NCBI GenBank assembly: GCA_035084275.1
Contig: CM068756.1
Location: 11,470,001-11,534,000 of the forward strand
Origin: Hydrolagus colliei
Lineage: Eukaryota
Direction of reading: 5' to 3'
DNA: 64,000 nt
Shown here one piece after another: positions 52,213-64,000 of the stretch. The notes under the pieces are model-generated. The model had not been told where the DNA came from. It worked only from the letters and a program-made list of their open reading frames with translations, and did no database searches. A program made the translations under genes and the position numbers. Every line of letters starts with the position of its first letter. Within the stretch, counting starts at the first letter, position 1.

Positions 52213-54210
52213 GGCTTTTACTGTTGGACTTTTAATTTTGATTTATATTAATGGAAATGAAGATGGTTCACAGTTGGCAGTATAGTAATATGGAGCAGAA
52301 AGCCAGTTTATACTGCCATGTTATTCTGCTTTCAAAGTTATCCCAAAATAGAACAATCAGCTGCACTGACATAATCTAAACATGATACAAGATATTTTCA
52401 AGAAATTAATATATAGAAGAATGTGGGCCCCAGCTCAACCCTGCGGAGACTCTGTTTACTCCCACTCTTCTCCCCTGGGAGGATAGTCACTATTTGATTA
52501 TTAGAAATCTGATGAGCACTGATTCGAACTCTCACTAGGTGGACTGCAGTTACCGGGAACTCCTTGTGTACAACTTGGTGAGTAGCATTATTCAGCATAA
52601 CATGTAAACAGATTCCTTGCAATTCTTTTTATTACTATTATCCTCATGCCCAGTTTGGACACACATCTATCTCCATTGAACAGTGATTCCACAGTTGGAA
52701 GTATGAAGCTTCAGCTGCAGCTGTTAACCTTTTTGAGTACTCCTCAAGGTAGATACCGAGCTTTGGATATACAAGTGTGAGTTCATGAACTCTGAAGTCA
52801 GCTGTTCCAGCAGCTGTCATTCCAAACTTCAGTTTCCTATTTAATAGCCATCTGCCTTCAGCATTACGGGAAGACCTTCACAGAACAGCTTGTAATGTGC
52901 CAGTCACTTTGGCGTTCTTGAGTCCAAATCCAATGCCATGTACTAGGTTTACTCAACACCAACTGCTTAATCCAGGCCTCACGTGAAGGTCCTTGGCAAA
53001 GAGACATGACCACTTGGAAGCCAGAGTGCTGAGCAACAGGACAGTGCAAGCTGAATCGCTTCTTCCCTGCAGCTGCTTCTTATTTTAAAAAAAACACAAC
53101 TTGGTCCTGGACTTTGCAAATGTGCTGAAGTAAACTCTTCCATTACCTGGCAGCTTGGAACTATGAAGAACTGTTTCGACATAAGCCTCTTAACTGATTA
53201 AAAGAGACGTCTTGCATTAATTTTCTACACGACAAATCAAAATGATAAACGTTCTTGTGATGTAAGTTGCTTTGAAAAAACAAAAATCCGTAAATAAACT
53301 TTAAAGCTGTCAGGCAACTGGCAGGAGTAAAATGGGTAAGTGTGTGTATTCAAGTAAAACCTTTTACAGGGGCTTTAAGTAACCCGTTACTCTAATTCCT
53401 CATTCAACAAAGAGAGAGAGGGAAAATGCAGGTCATTCTACAGCAAAATTCAAAGCTTTTGTGCCAACTTTTATCAACAGTGAAAAGAAAAAGTCTGCTG
53501 TATTGAGCAGAATCATAGCCAAAGCAAAGGTCACTTTAGTATCTACATTCATGAGTAACGAATAATAGAAACCTAGGAGTGACTAATCTTATCAAGGGGT
53601 GAAAATGATCCCATCCATTGTAAAAGTATCACAACTCTTTCTTAAATAACATGATTCTCAAGGTTTACAACCTCACACTGTGGTATTCATCAACATGTAT
53701 ATAAAAATTTATACAAAGATGGTGAGGAAGGGGGAAATGGTCCTAATGTTGAAGGATTGGGGACACAGGGGAAATTATTTAAAAAATAAAATGAATGGAG
53801 CATTGGATCATTTAAGGTATTATATGAGGTAAACAAGGGCAATCTCACAACATTACAAGTTCAACCCAGTTGGCATTGTCCATAGTTTACAAACTGGCAG
53901 AAAAACAATCTCTACATTCAGAAAAAGAACCATCGCCTTTGTTTTCCAGCATTTAATAAATTGGCTTTTACCGTACCTGCAGATTATCTGAAAGTATGCA
54001 GCTACAAGCAGGGGCACCTTCTGTTTCTAACACTGATACTTACATTTAGTTATAAGTGCTAATCGATGACAGGTTCCCTATTTATACCTTAAGAGTGCCG
54101 CAATCACAGTCAAGGTTATCATTTACGAGAAATCTCACTTTCAAATATTAAATCATCTCGGTGTCACCAGATGTAATTTATATAACATTTTATATAGAAC
54201 AAAAAAGTAC

Positions 54211-54297
54211 CTGCATGGAGGTTGGTTTCTCAAATCGGAGTGTAAGATCCCTTTCAACAAGCAGCAACACTGTATGGATACAGTTAGGAACGGTGTC
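54211..54297 (-). CDS. PLEKHG4: PLEKHG4 exon (DTVPNCIHTVLLLVERDLTLRFEKPTSMQ)
   Basis: 87 nt, phase 0-0; ctgcag| ... |gtactt. Confidence 0.88.
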
Positions 54298-55479
54298 CTG
54301 CAGATGAATGTGAAACACGATTATTGCACTATCGTACCTCTTAGCTGATTACATTCTGAGGCAATACCTTGGGTGAAGCCGCCATATAAATACAAGTCTT
54401 AGAAGTCAGTAGTTTATAATAGCCACCAGCTGATCAATGTTCTACAATATACTGGATTGATCATCTGTAGATGGAAATGGGCAGTTTGTTTTATACCATG
54501 AGAATGGAACTGGTGAATATTAAAAATTATAAAGCTTAAATGAATAAGAGAGATTATTTTCACTGGATTCAATGAGTGGTGAGATCAAGGACGGTTTTGC
54601 TTGGCTACGTTTGAATGGCATTTTCTCATTCTATGCTTTTTCATATTTCATATTTAATTAAGCCTTCGTTTGCGTTTGTTATGAGCACCATTTTTCCTCC
54701 ACCAATTCTAAATTGTTTGCTTAGAATAATTAGGTGATGGAATCTTGTATCAATAATGCAAGTCAACAGTTCACGATTTCGAAGATCTCAATCTAAAGCT
54801 TTTTGTTTCAACACCACAAAAAGAGTCTCAATATAGTTTTTGCTATTTTTAAGTAAAATGAAGTTGGATAATTGCTAATTATTTAACACTTACTAATGGT
54901 TTACCTATTGAAACAGAATCATTTCTAACGTAACAGAAATGTAGCCAATGCTTAAATTATACGATGTTGTAAAGATAACCTCTTTATTCAGATCAAATCT
55001 GATCTCAGCCTTCAGATATACATAGCTGAGGGGGAGTAATGTAAATAGACATATAATTGCACTTGCACTGCAATCCACAGTAGAATACACACAACCAAGG
55101 TCAAGACATCATAAAAGGTGACATTTTGTGATAAAATCTTTAGATATGGTAGCCAATGACATGACTCAAGTATCTTTTGACAAAGCTGAAACTCCCAGTC
55201 TTCCTAGACAGTTAAGATAAGGTGGGTAAACAACAAACAGTCAATAACACTGATCAGATAAATCTAATGGTGTCTGTGGTTAAATAGTATGAAAAATAAA
55301 TCCCTTCACAAGGCTAACTGATACGGTGCCAATCAGATTGTATACAAAGTTGAATTATTCTTCATTACTGATGGCATGATGATAAAAGTAAAGCTTGAGT
55401 CATGTCAACAATATTTCTGTGTTAAACACTTTGGAGCTTGGTGAAATATGTATTTAGTACTTTGATCCAATTCTACACA

Positions 55480-56290
55480 ACAGTTTAATACAGAGAAATG
55501 TGAGGTGATACACTTTGGGAGAAGAAATGAGGGGAGGCAATATAGGCTAGATAGTACAATTTTAAAGGGTGTGAAGGAACAGAGAGACCTGGGGATTTGT
55601 GTTAGTGACTCTTTGAAAGTGGCAGGACAGGTAGACAAAGCCGTTAAGAAAGCATATGGGATACTAGGCTTTATAAATAGGGGTATAGAATACAAAAGTC
55701 AGTAAGTGCTGATTAACCTCTATAAGACTTTGGTTAGGCCTCAGCTGGAGTACTGTGTACAATTCTGGTCACCACACTTTAGGAAGGATATTATAGCATT
55801 GGAAAGGGTGCAGAGGAGATTTACTAGGATGGTACCAGGAATGAGGGACTCCAGCTTTGAGGAAAGGCTAGATTGGCTAGGCTTATTTTCTCTAGAACAA
55901 AGAAGATTGAGAGAAGACCTAATAGAGGTTTATAAAATTATGAGAAGTTTCGACAGGGAGAATAGGGAAAGACTGTTTCCACTGGTGGGTGAATCAGTGA
56001 CTTGTGGTCACAGATTTAAAATAGTTTCAAAACGAAGCAGAGGGGAGCTGAGGAGAAATGTTTTCACTCAGCGGGTTGTTCGAATCTGGAATACATTGCC
56101 TGAAAAGGTGGTGGAGGCAGATTCCATAACAGCTTTTAAAAGGGAACTAGATCTTTATTTAGGAAGAGCAGGTCTGTTAGGTTATGGGGAGAAAGTTGGG
56201 CAGTGGGATTGAGTTGCTCTGTTCAAAGAGCCGGCACAGACTAGATGGGCCGAATGACCTCCTTTTGTGCCGTAAAATTCTATGATTCTT
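55480..56290 (+). mobile_element. 5'-truncated CR1 LINE (chondrichthyan type): ORF2 C-terminus, 3'UTR and ATTCTATG-type tail
   Basis: LYKTLVRPQLEYCVQFWSP, LERVQRRFTRM and FTQRVVRIWN motifs; in-frame TAA at 55703-55705; tail aattctatgattct. Confidence 0.95.
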
Positions 56291-59269
56291 TGAGTATTGT
56301 TCTCTAAACTATCTTGTGTGGCTCAGAAAGAGAAGACAAAAAATAACTCTGAAAAATAGCAGAAACACCACTATGTAACGTGTAAATAAACCTTGCATGA
56401 GGAGCAGTCTCACTCCTTCACAATGCAAACATTCAATGATTTACATTTTAAAATGAATTAATATCATTCAAAATTGCACTGAACTTTTTTGGTGATCAGC
56501 AATGTTTCAATACCACAAAAAGAGTCTCAATATAGTTTCACTTTTCAATGATTGGTTAATCCATGCTGTACTAACACATCACGGATCATAATTTTCACAC
56601 ACAATGTTTTTAAGAATAGTTGCCAGGTAACTTGACTACAGAAGTTCAGACCAGAAACAGCTTGTTCAAATGAGCAATTATTGTACCCTTTAACTTATCT
56701 GGTTTATCTATCTAACAGTTTGGTCAGTGTAATCTCAAACCATATAATCGGTATTATTTTAATTAAGTCAGCTAATAACACAAGATGAAGCTGTTCAGGG
56801 TCAGAGAGAGTTTATATTCCAAAACGAACATAGTGACTAATTGGCAATGCACAGACATAACCAGTATCTACTAACTACAATAAACATATTCATACAATGG
56901 TAACAAAATTCACTGATTTGATCTCTCCGTCAATCTTTTTAATAAGATGAAGCAGAAAAGGAAGGCATGCTTCATATTCACCATAGTCTCCTTTCCAAAA
57001 GTTATGCCCGTTGACTTGACAGAACTAATATTATTATCTTGCCAGATGTGCCAACTTATTCATAGTATGGAGATAGTCCAACATATCTCAATTTATCAAG
57101 TGAATGTCTAATATACCCCTAGGCAGACACTGTGTAAAGCAATTATATACTGGATTAGCAGCTTGGCTGGATACTGGAACACAAACAAGAGCATGTCTGA
57201 ACATCTATTTCTGTTGGGCGTGTGATTTTTGCTGTGCAAATTATATTGATGTAGTAGGTATATTTTCCCCTATGCACAAACACTTTAGTGTTCCTTTAAA
57301 TATAATTGATGAGGACAGGGGATAGATCAAATAAAACACATTACAATTCTGTGCATCTCAATGTCAAAGTTGACAATTATAAGCAAATCTGAACAGATTA
57401 CATTTTTGCTCATTGTATTTCAGTAAATATTAGGTACGTATATGAGAAACACTTTATTGGAAAATCATGAATAAAATCTAAACATTATATTATTTAGGAA
57501 GTTACACATTTATAGATTGACTTTTGATTAACCGATGAACATCCATGAATGTTATTCACTCATACATGCATGAGAACACAGCAAACATAGATACTTATCC
57601 TTTCCTATAGGGGCTTAATCTCCAGGATTCAGACATATTATCAGAGGGATTCCACATTTACAACTCACTATACAGATTGTAAATGGCATTACAATGCAGC
57701 AGGAAATATAAACTCCCCAAAGCTCCTTTAACACAGCTTCCAGTTCCAGAAGCATGTTCATAAACGAAAAAAAAGGAAAATGTTGTAGCTAAATATATAT
57801 TAAAAATAATAATGATGGTCACTTGCATCCTTGGGTTTGAGATGATGTGTCAGGAAGTCTCAAAGGGCTTCACAAGATTTTACTGTGAAGTGGTACGACT
57901 ATTTTGTGGGCGAATGCAGCAGACAATTCACACAGAACTATGTTCCACAATCAGATGATTAATGACTCACGAGGAAAATAAAGCCTGTGAAATAGATGCT
58001 TTCTAGGCACCTAGTTTTTAAAAAAATCCCCAATAGGGAAATTCAGTGAGTCACTTTTTTATTGAGTAACATCTTTACATGGGCATCACAAATTTAAATA
58101 GTTGTATTCTTTTTTAAAAAGGACTTTTGAAGTAAAGAAACCCTTTTTAAGATGAATATTGTTAAGATTCTTTACACCATCCCACACATGATGTAAAGAA
58201 TAGAAAGAAAAAGATGTGAAATGGTGTCTCAATGTCTCTGTACATTATATTCTGTGTGAGGAAACGATTAAAATGGAATCATTTATCTTAGGGTCAATTG
58301 ACAAGCCACTTGAACTTTGCTGTTGAGGTTAATGAAATTATTTGCACTTCTCAATTAGATTGTTTCTTACCACACTCACTTGTAACTTTATCATTCATGA
58401 GTTATTGGGTTTTCGCTCACTCAAGGATTGATTGTTTTTAATGCAGTTTCTCGTTGAGCATTACAGCGCATAAATGCAACAAAGATCCTGCTGAATAGTT
58501 ATATATGTGCCACAAAGCAATGATTCCCAAAGAAGGGAACAAAATGATTTTTTTAATCCATGTAGATTCAGTCTCTTTAACAAGACAGATGGTATAAATA
58601 ACAGAGGGAGTGAGGCTGCTGTGTGCAAACAGCAGCTGCAGGTTATTAGCATAAAGCTTACTTCATGCTATTTGGAAAGCTGACAATAAAACAACAAGAA
58701 TTAGTTGGAAGTTGAAAAGCCATGTCAGCAGTTTACGGCAGTTTAAATTTACCTTCATAAAAAAATTATGTGTTATAATCTGTACCTCAATGGTGTTGTT
58801 ACAACTGAATTTTGCATTCAAAATGTTCAAAAGCAACACTTTCTTCTGGTAAATTATTTGTGCATTTTGTTTCAAGTAGAATAATGACATATTAAGTTGA
58901 ATGATGGAGCAAGACAGACAGGCATTCTGGAGTCTGACCCGATGATTTGCTGAGGTGGTTGAATAAGTGAGCTTTAGTTCATGATTAGTCGAGTTTATGT
59001 AGAATCTTTGCAGGACTTTAGATGGGTTGAACAGCCGTTTGTCTTTTTATTATTTTTGTAGTGGAACATGGCATGAGAAACTAATAAGAAAAGGGTTTCA
59101 AGCTTTTGGTTGTGTAAAACAAAAGGAAACCAATTTCCTGATATCCACTTTTTCTGACTTGGAGAGAAAATGAAGGTAAAATGCAACGTTAGCTTTAAAG
59201 TCTTGTTTCCACAAAGTATTACATTACAGTTTTGCTCATTTTAATTTAAAAGGGAAGTTTTATTTATGT

Positions 59270-60030
59270 AACAACAACCACCTGGATTTATAAAGCGTCC
59301 TCCACGCCAGACAGCCTCTCAGAGCATTTCACAATAACGGATCCTGGGGCCGAGCCAGGAGACCGAGCAAATCGGTGACCAAAAGCGCGGTCGAAAAGAA
59401 AGGTCTTTAGCCGTGACCTGAAAATAGTAAAATGGGGCAATGTGAAGGGAGTGAGGAAGGGAATTCCAGAGCCTCTGTAATGTGGGCAGGGAGGAAGCCG
59501 GACTGGAGGGGTTTGAAAAGGGAGTGGAAGGAGAGGTGTGCGCAGAGTTGGTCGGCAACAAAGTGTTCTAAACCTTTAGCAATGAAGGATAAGTTCGAGA
59601 TAGGGCGGTAGTGGCCAAGGTTTGAGGGATCTACGATAGGTTTTTTGAGGAGGGGGGGTGATAGCAGCGATTTTGAGTGGGGCAGAGACTGATCCTGAGG
59701 ATAGGCACTGATTTATGATGTCTGCCAACAGTGGGCAGAGGAGGGGGAGCTGGGTGATCAGTAAGTTGGAGGGAAGGGGATCGAGGCAACAGGTGGTGGG
59801 TTTCATAGAGGTGATGGTAGATGAGTGGGAGGAAGGAGAGATGGGGGAGAAATAATTTAGGATGGGGGTCGTAGTAGAAGCTGATGACGGGATGGGTGAG
59901 GGGAACGGAAGGGGGGTGGTGGTGGGAAACAAGAGACAGGAGGATGAGGCTGCCAAGCGAATGTTATTTATTTTGATGGTAAAGAAGTCCATGACCTCCA
60001 TGCACTTGGCGTTAGATGTAAAGATTGGGA
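59270..60030 (-). mobile_element. L2 fragments (tail and mid-ORF2)
   Basis: 'MKPTTCCLDPLPSNLL...LADIINQCLSSGSV...LKIAAITP'. Confidence 0.85.
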
Positions 60031-60287
60031 AAGTGTAAGGAATGACATACTTATTCTGAAATCAAGTAGCAATGAATTGTACACAAGTGTTATTTGTTTC
60101 CTTTGTTTAAACGCCTGTTTTGCTAAATTATTTTCAAAGATTCAACGCAGTTCTTGTGTAGTGTGGGAAAGCAACAAGGATCATAACCATTGTTATTAGA
60201 ATAGCTTACATCAGAAAAAGATACCATTCATACCCCTAGCCAAATGACTTTCTAAAGGAGATTGCCAATGTATCACAAGGTGGAAAC

Positions 60288-60663
60288 TAGGGTCTGTCGA
60301 TATGCAAATTTTCCGATATCGATATATTGGTGGGCTCATATCGATATATACCGATATATTGATATCGCCAGGTTTCTTTATCCTGTGTATGTGCGCGTAT
60401 TCGGATGCGCGCGCATTCCAATATGCACGCGCATTCCGTGCTCTAGGCCCAGGAGGTTTGCAATGCTGGCGACAAGGTAAGTTGAAAAAGTTCGCATTAT
60501 ACTGATATAACCGATATATCGCCGGACACAATATACCGATATTTGCGATATACTGATTTTTTTTATACCAAATTTTTCGATATACTGATATATTTCAATT
60601 TCCAATATCGGCATATCGATATAAAAAATTATACTGATATAACCGATATATCGCCGGATACGA
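60288..60663. mobile_element. Non-autonomous hAT-like element (376 bp) with an 8-bp TSD, GTGGAAAC
   Basis: TSD at 60280-60287 and 60664-60671; begins TAGGG; imperfect TIRs; many subterminal CGATAT/ATATCG motifs. Confidence 0.8.
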
Positions 60664-60757
60664 GTGGAAACACATCCGACAGTTCAACATTCATTTGATT
60701 TTAAGAGATGAAGTGTACCACACATTATTGCATTCGATAAATGTAAAGAATTATTAC

Positions 60758-60851
60758 CTGCAGCATGTTGAAAGCTTTAAAGAGTGCGGGTACAGGGGAG
60801 CAGCGGCGGGCATCTACCAAAATGGTTAGTCCTGCCAGCCGGATTTCATTT
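60758..60851 (-). CDS. PLEKHG4: PLEKHG4 Sec14-like exon (NEIRLAGLTILVDARRCSPVPALFKAFNMLQ)
   Basis: 94 nt, phase 2-0; GLTILVDAR motif. Confidence 0.92.
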
Positions 60852-61317
60852 CTATAAAGAACGAAAAATACAAAGCAATGAGATGAATCATGGTTATACA
60901 GTATTTTACATTTATTTTACATTGATCACCAAACTGTTACTTCATAAAATGGCTTGCAACTGAACGGTGGCATTTCCACATTCTCCCATCGTTTCAGTGA
61001 TCCACAGCGAAAGACCCATTCCATCTTCTGAGGAATATATTGATTAGCTGTGAGAGCACCTCAGAAAACATTATGTGGGCAGGTGGTCCCGGATCTGATC
61101 ACTTCCATTTTTTTTTCTGAGATGGAGCAACAACAACAACAAAATTACACTTCTCTAGCGCATTTCATGTCAGGAGGACGTCCCAAGGTGCTGGACAGTC
61201 ACTGCTTCAGACCCACAAGCTATCCACACGTTACAACCACTTATTGCATTACTGGTTCTAAACATTTTTTGTATGAATTCAATTCCGACTTGTGAAAAGC
61301 ACAAATTGTTTACATAC

Positions 61318-61441
61318 CTGGGAATGCTGGAAAAATACATGAGGAGCCGCACAAGCTCAGTGACGTTGCAGTGTGGATTTAGCCAGATTGTATTTCTTGT
61401 TGTTATAATCACTACTGCACGACCAGATTTATCTCTGGTAC
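61318..61441 (-). CDS. PLEKHG4: PLEKHG4 Sec14-like exon (TRDKSGRAVVII...LVRLLMYFSSIP)
   Basis: 124 nt, phase 1-2; GTRDKSGR motif. Confidence 0.93.
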
Positions 61442-61599
61442 CTGCAAACAGAATTGTTAAAATACAGCAAACTCTTTAACCAAAGGATAATGCTTCTAGC
61501 GAGTGGCAATCTCTAATGCAATTCCTTGAATTCAAGCAAATTAAGACTTGTAAAGTACCTATCAAATTGGAAAGATGTTCCAGAGTGATGGACAGTCAG

Positions 61600-62170
61600 G
61601 GTTTTTGGACCTAAGCTAGGAATTGGGGTCAGGAGGGTGGAGGGCTGAAGGGGGGGGGGGGGGGGGGGGGCTGAAAAGTCTTTAGACACGACTTGAAGGA
61701 GGCAAGAGAGGGGTGAGGCGGAGTGACACTGTCCTACAAGCGGAGGGAGTGGACAGGCTGATATAGGGTTAGGAGATTGGAGAGGTGTGTGTGTGGGGAG
61801 GAGGGGAAAGACTGCGCAGGGCTTTGAAGATAAGAATAAGGGTTTTGCACTTGATTCTGAATAATGGGGAGCCAGCAAAATCAGGCAAGAACGGGGCTGA
61901 TTGGTTCGCAGAACCCGGTGAGGGAGAGGATATGAATTTTTAATAAGCTGCACCTTGTGGAGAGAAGTTGGGAAGTCCGAGAACAGGTAGTTGGCATAAC
62001 CAAACTGGGACAAGATTAAAACTTGGATCAGTGTCTGCTGGTCTGCGGTGAGAGACAGTGGCAGAGTTGGGCAATGTTGAAGAGGTGGGGAATGGCAGTA
62101 CCGATCATAGCACAAATGTGAGGTTTGTAAGAATTAGCTGGGGGTCGAAAAGGACACAGAGATTTTGCAT
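61600..62170 (-). mobile_element. Degenerate L2 ORF2 3' fragment containing a ~21-nt G run at about 61650-61670
   Basis: 'TLIQVLILSQFGYANYLFSDFP...LHKVQLIKNS' is a decayed SRLDYxN motif. Confidence 0.75.
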
Positions 62171-62415
62171 TGGCTCAGTGAGGTGCTCATGAGTGCGGCC
62201 ATGATTAGTGAGTGATAATGTCAGCAGCTGTAGCAGGATTCATGTCAGTTAATTGCACCTAATTGTAAGCAAAGATACACAAAATCAAGTGCGCTAATAT
62301 TTCTTAATCAAGGCAATACATAATATATGTACAATCTCCAACATATACATTCACAGAGTTGTGGCAATAGATAGAGAAATACAGTATTGAAATTGATATG
62401 AGAATAAGTACATAC

Positions 62416-62658
62416 CAGTCAAACACGCTACACCGGAATGCAGAACATCAAAGTTGATTTCTTGGTAAAGGGTTGGCAAATTAGATTTCAGTGGTGAAGA
62501 AGACAAAGCCTCATGTTTGACTGGCACGGGTTTCTGCTTATTCACAGTGCATTGTCTAGCCAGTGAGGATTTGGGCGGTTGATCTGTCAGCCTAGATGTA
62601 TTTTTGTTACAGCTTTGATTTCCTGTATCAAATTCAACATTTGTCTTGGAATCAAATC
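62416..62658 (-). CDS. PLEKHG4: PLEKHG4 most 5' exon visible (FDSKTNVE...INFDVLHSGVACLT)
   Basis: 243 nt, phase 1-1; ends in VLHSGVACLTG, leading into the Sec14-like domain. Confidence 0.85.
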
Positions 62659-63419
62659 CTAGTAGAAAAGATTTAATAAAATTAAAAATGAATTGGATGA
62701 TTGCTGCATTTAGATATACATCTATACACATGGAAACCATTTTAAATCCCAAAAGTTTAAGTCAACAGACACTTGATTCTAAGCAAAAAACTATTTCTAA
62801 AGACAGTGTGGTTAGCTTTTCTTCCGTTTCTGAGTAGTTACTGGGTTAGCAAATAATTAATTTCAGCTTCTACCAGATTCAACAGTTTATCTAGGCAGGT
62901 TTCATGTTTTTCCACAGGTATCACTGGTCAGACATCAGCACAAGTTGGCTAGGGTGAAGAAGCTCCTTTGGCCTATTTGAACTCATCTTTTCTGAAACAC
63001 TTACTGTAGAATCTTCTCATCACCACATCTACCTGTTTTATTTAAAACAAGTCCAATATTCTGACCTCCACCATTCTCCCTGGCAAGATGTTCCAGGCGC
63101 TAATTACTGGCATCTGTTCTGAAATTTGCCCGAAGTCCTCTTGTTGAACTGTTTTGGCAGTTACAAATATTATTCTGCAACTATACCCATCCCTCTGATT
63201 ATCTCCAGTTTATTGTTGCACAGTTTCTCTTGTATAATGCAGATACTAATACAGTATTCTAGCAACTGGATAGAAGTAATTGCAAAAGCATTGTTGTTAA
63301 TATCCTATACAGTAGTTGTACAATGCAGGGCATTCTTTTAGCTGTGAAATTAATGCTTTGTGTTGGTCACTGCATCTTCATTCAACAATTCAATTTGCAT
63401 TTCAATAGCATATTCCTCC

Positions 63420-63510
63420 ACAACAACAACAACAAATTACACTTATAAAGCGCCTTTCACGTCTGGAGGACGTCCCAAGACGCTGCACAGGAGGCGTGTG
63501 ACCCGAGCTG
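63420..63510 (-). mobile_element. Short (~90 bp) young L2 3' tip
   Basis: Near-identical to the last 90 bp of the 2350-2940 copy. Confidence 0.9.
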
Positions 63511-64000
63511 CAGGTTGCAGAGGACATCAGCAACACTGGACAAATTAGATATGTACTAACAAGTAGCGAACACTTTGTTAGTTAGTTCCTGCAAAAGTTA
63601 TAATTTTCAATGCATTTCCATATTAAGATATTATAATGTTATTATCTAACTCAACTTCATGCAGCTCTTTCTTATTTCCATTATGATTTGTTGGAGTGCA
63701 CTAAGCATATATTCTATTAGTTAACTGTTATATCTATTTGAAACTGGATTAACTACAGTATTGAGAGACCAGTAATAGGTTGCATAGGTTGAATGTTGCA
63801 CAACATGGAAGCAGAGGTGAAAAATGATCATTTTTGTAACTGAACTCTGTATAATATTTGTTAATACAGCGGGTACAGTAAACACTTGGCTTACTGGACT
63901 TGGTATCTGGAATTTGTACCTAGCTTTGATAAGGCAGCCCCCCCCAACCTCACTATTCTTGCAGGTCACTAGAAAATTCAGTGCTACAGTGTAGGACAAT

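Noticed and set aside
52509-52540. CTGATGA as another hammerhead core
   Set aside because: No stem II followed by GAAA.
60211-60614. Four overlapping ORFs, and a CRISPR-like look from the repeated motifs
   Set aside because: By-product of the CGATAT-rich MITE. There is no regular repeat-spacer period, and the context is eukaryotic.
5720-62658. Calling the RhoGEF PLEKHG4B, ARHGEF40 or TRIO
   Set aside because: The single DH-PH unit, the SGSSGSDSxCVS tail, NLKEQGQLVRQDEF and adjacency to KCTD19 all favour PLEKHG4.

Overview
Vertebrate genomic DNA. The SINE, L2, CR1 and Penelope repeat content points to a cartilaginous fish, most like a holocephalan (chimaera). Two spliced genes converge tail-to-tail. 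The last six coding exons of KCTD19 lie on the + strand (stop 4089-4091). About 20 coding exons of PLEKHG4/puratrophin-1 (Sec14-like, spectrin-like, DH and PH RhoGEF) lie on the - strand from 62658 to about 5720, and its 5' part is outside the window. Exon phases chain consistently through GT-AG junctions, and the arrangement matches human 16q22.1. Introns carry L2 and CR1 LINE fragments, tRNA/Deu-type SINEs, Penelope-type terminal repeats, a hAT-like MITE and a Tigger-like MITE. The most notable unannotated signals are minimal hammerhead-ribozyme motifs in three Penelope-type repeats, a 102-bp near-perfect intronic copy of PLEKHG4 coding sequence, a CpG-rich hAT MITE with an 8-bp TSD, and an unidentified ~570-bp element ending in an L2 tail. 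I see no convincing wholly new biological system. All homology calls come from recall, not from searches.
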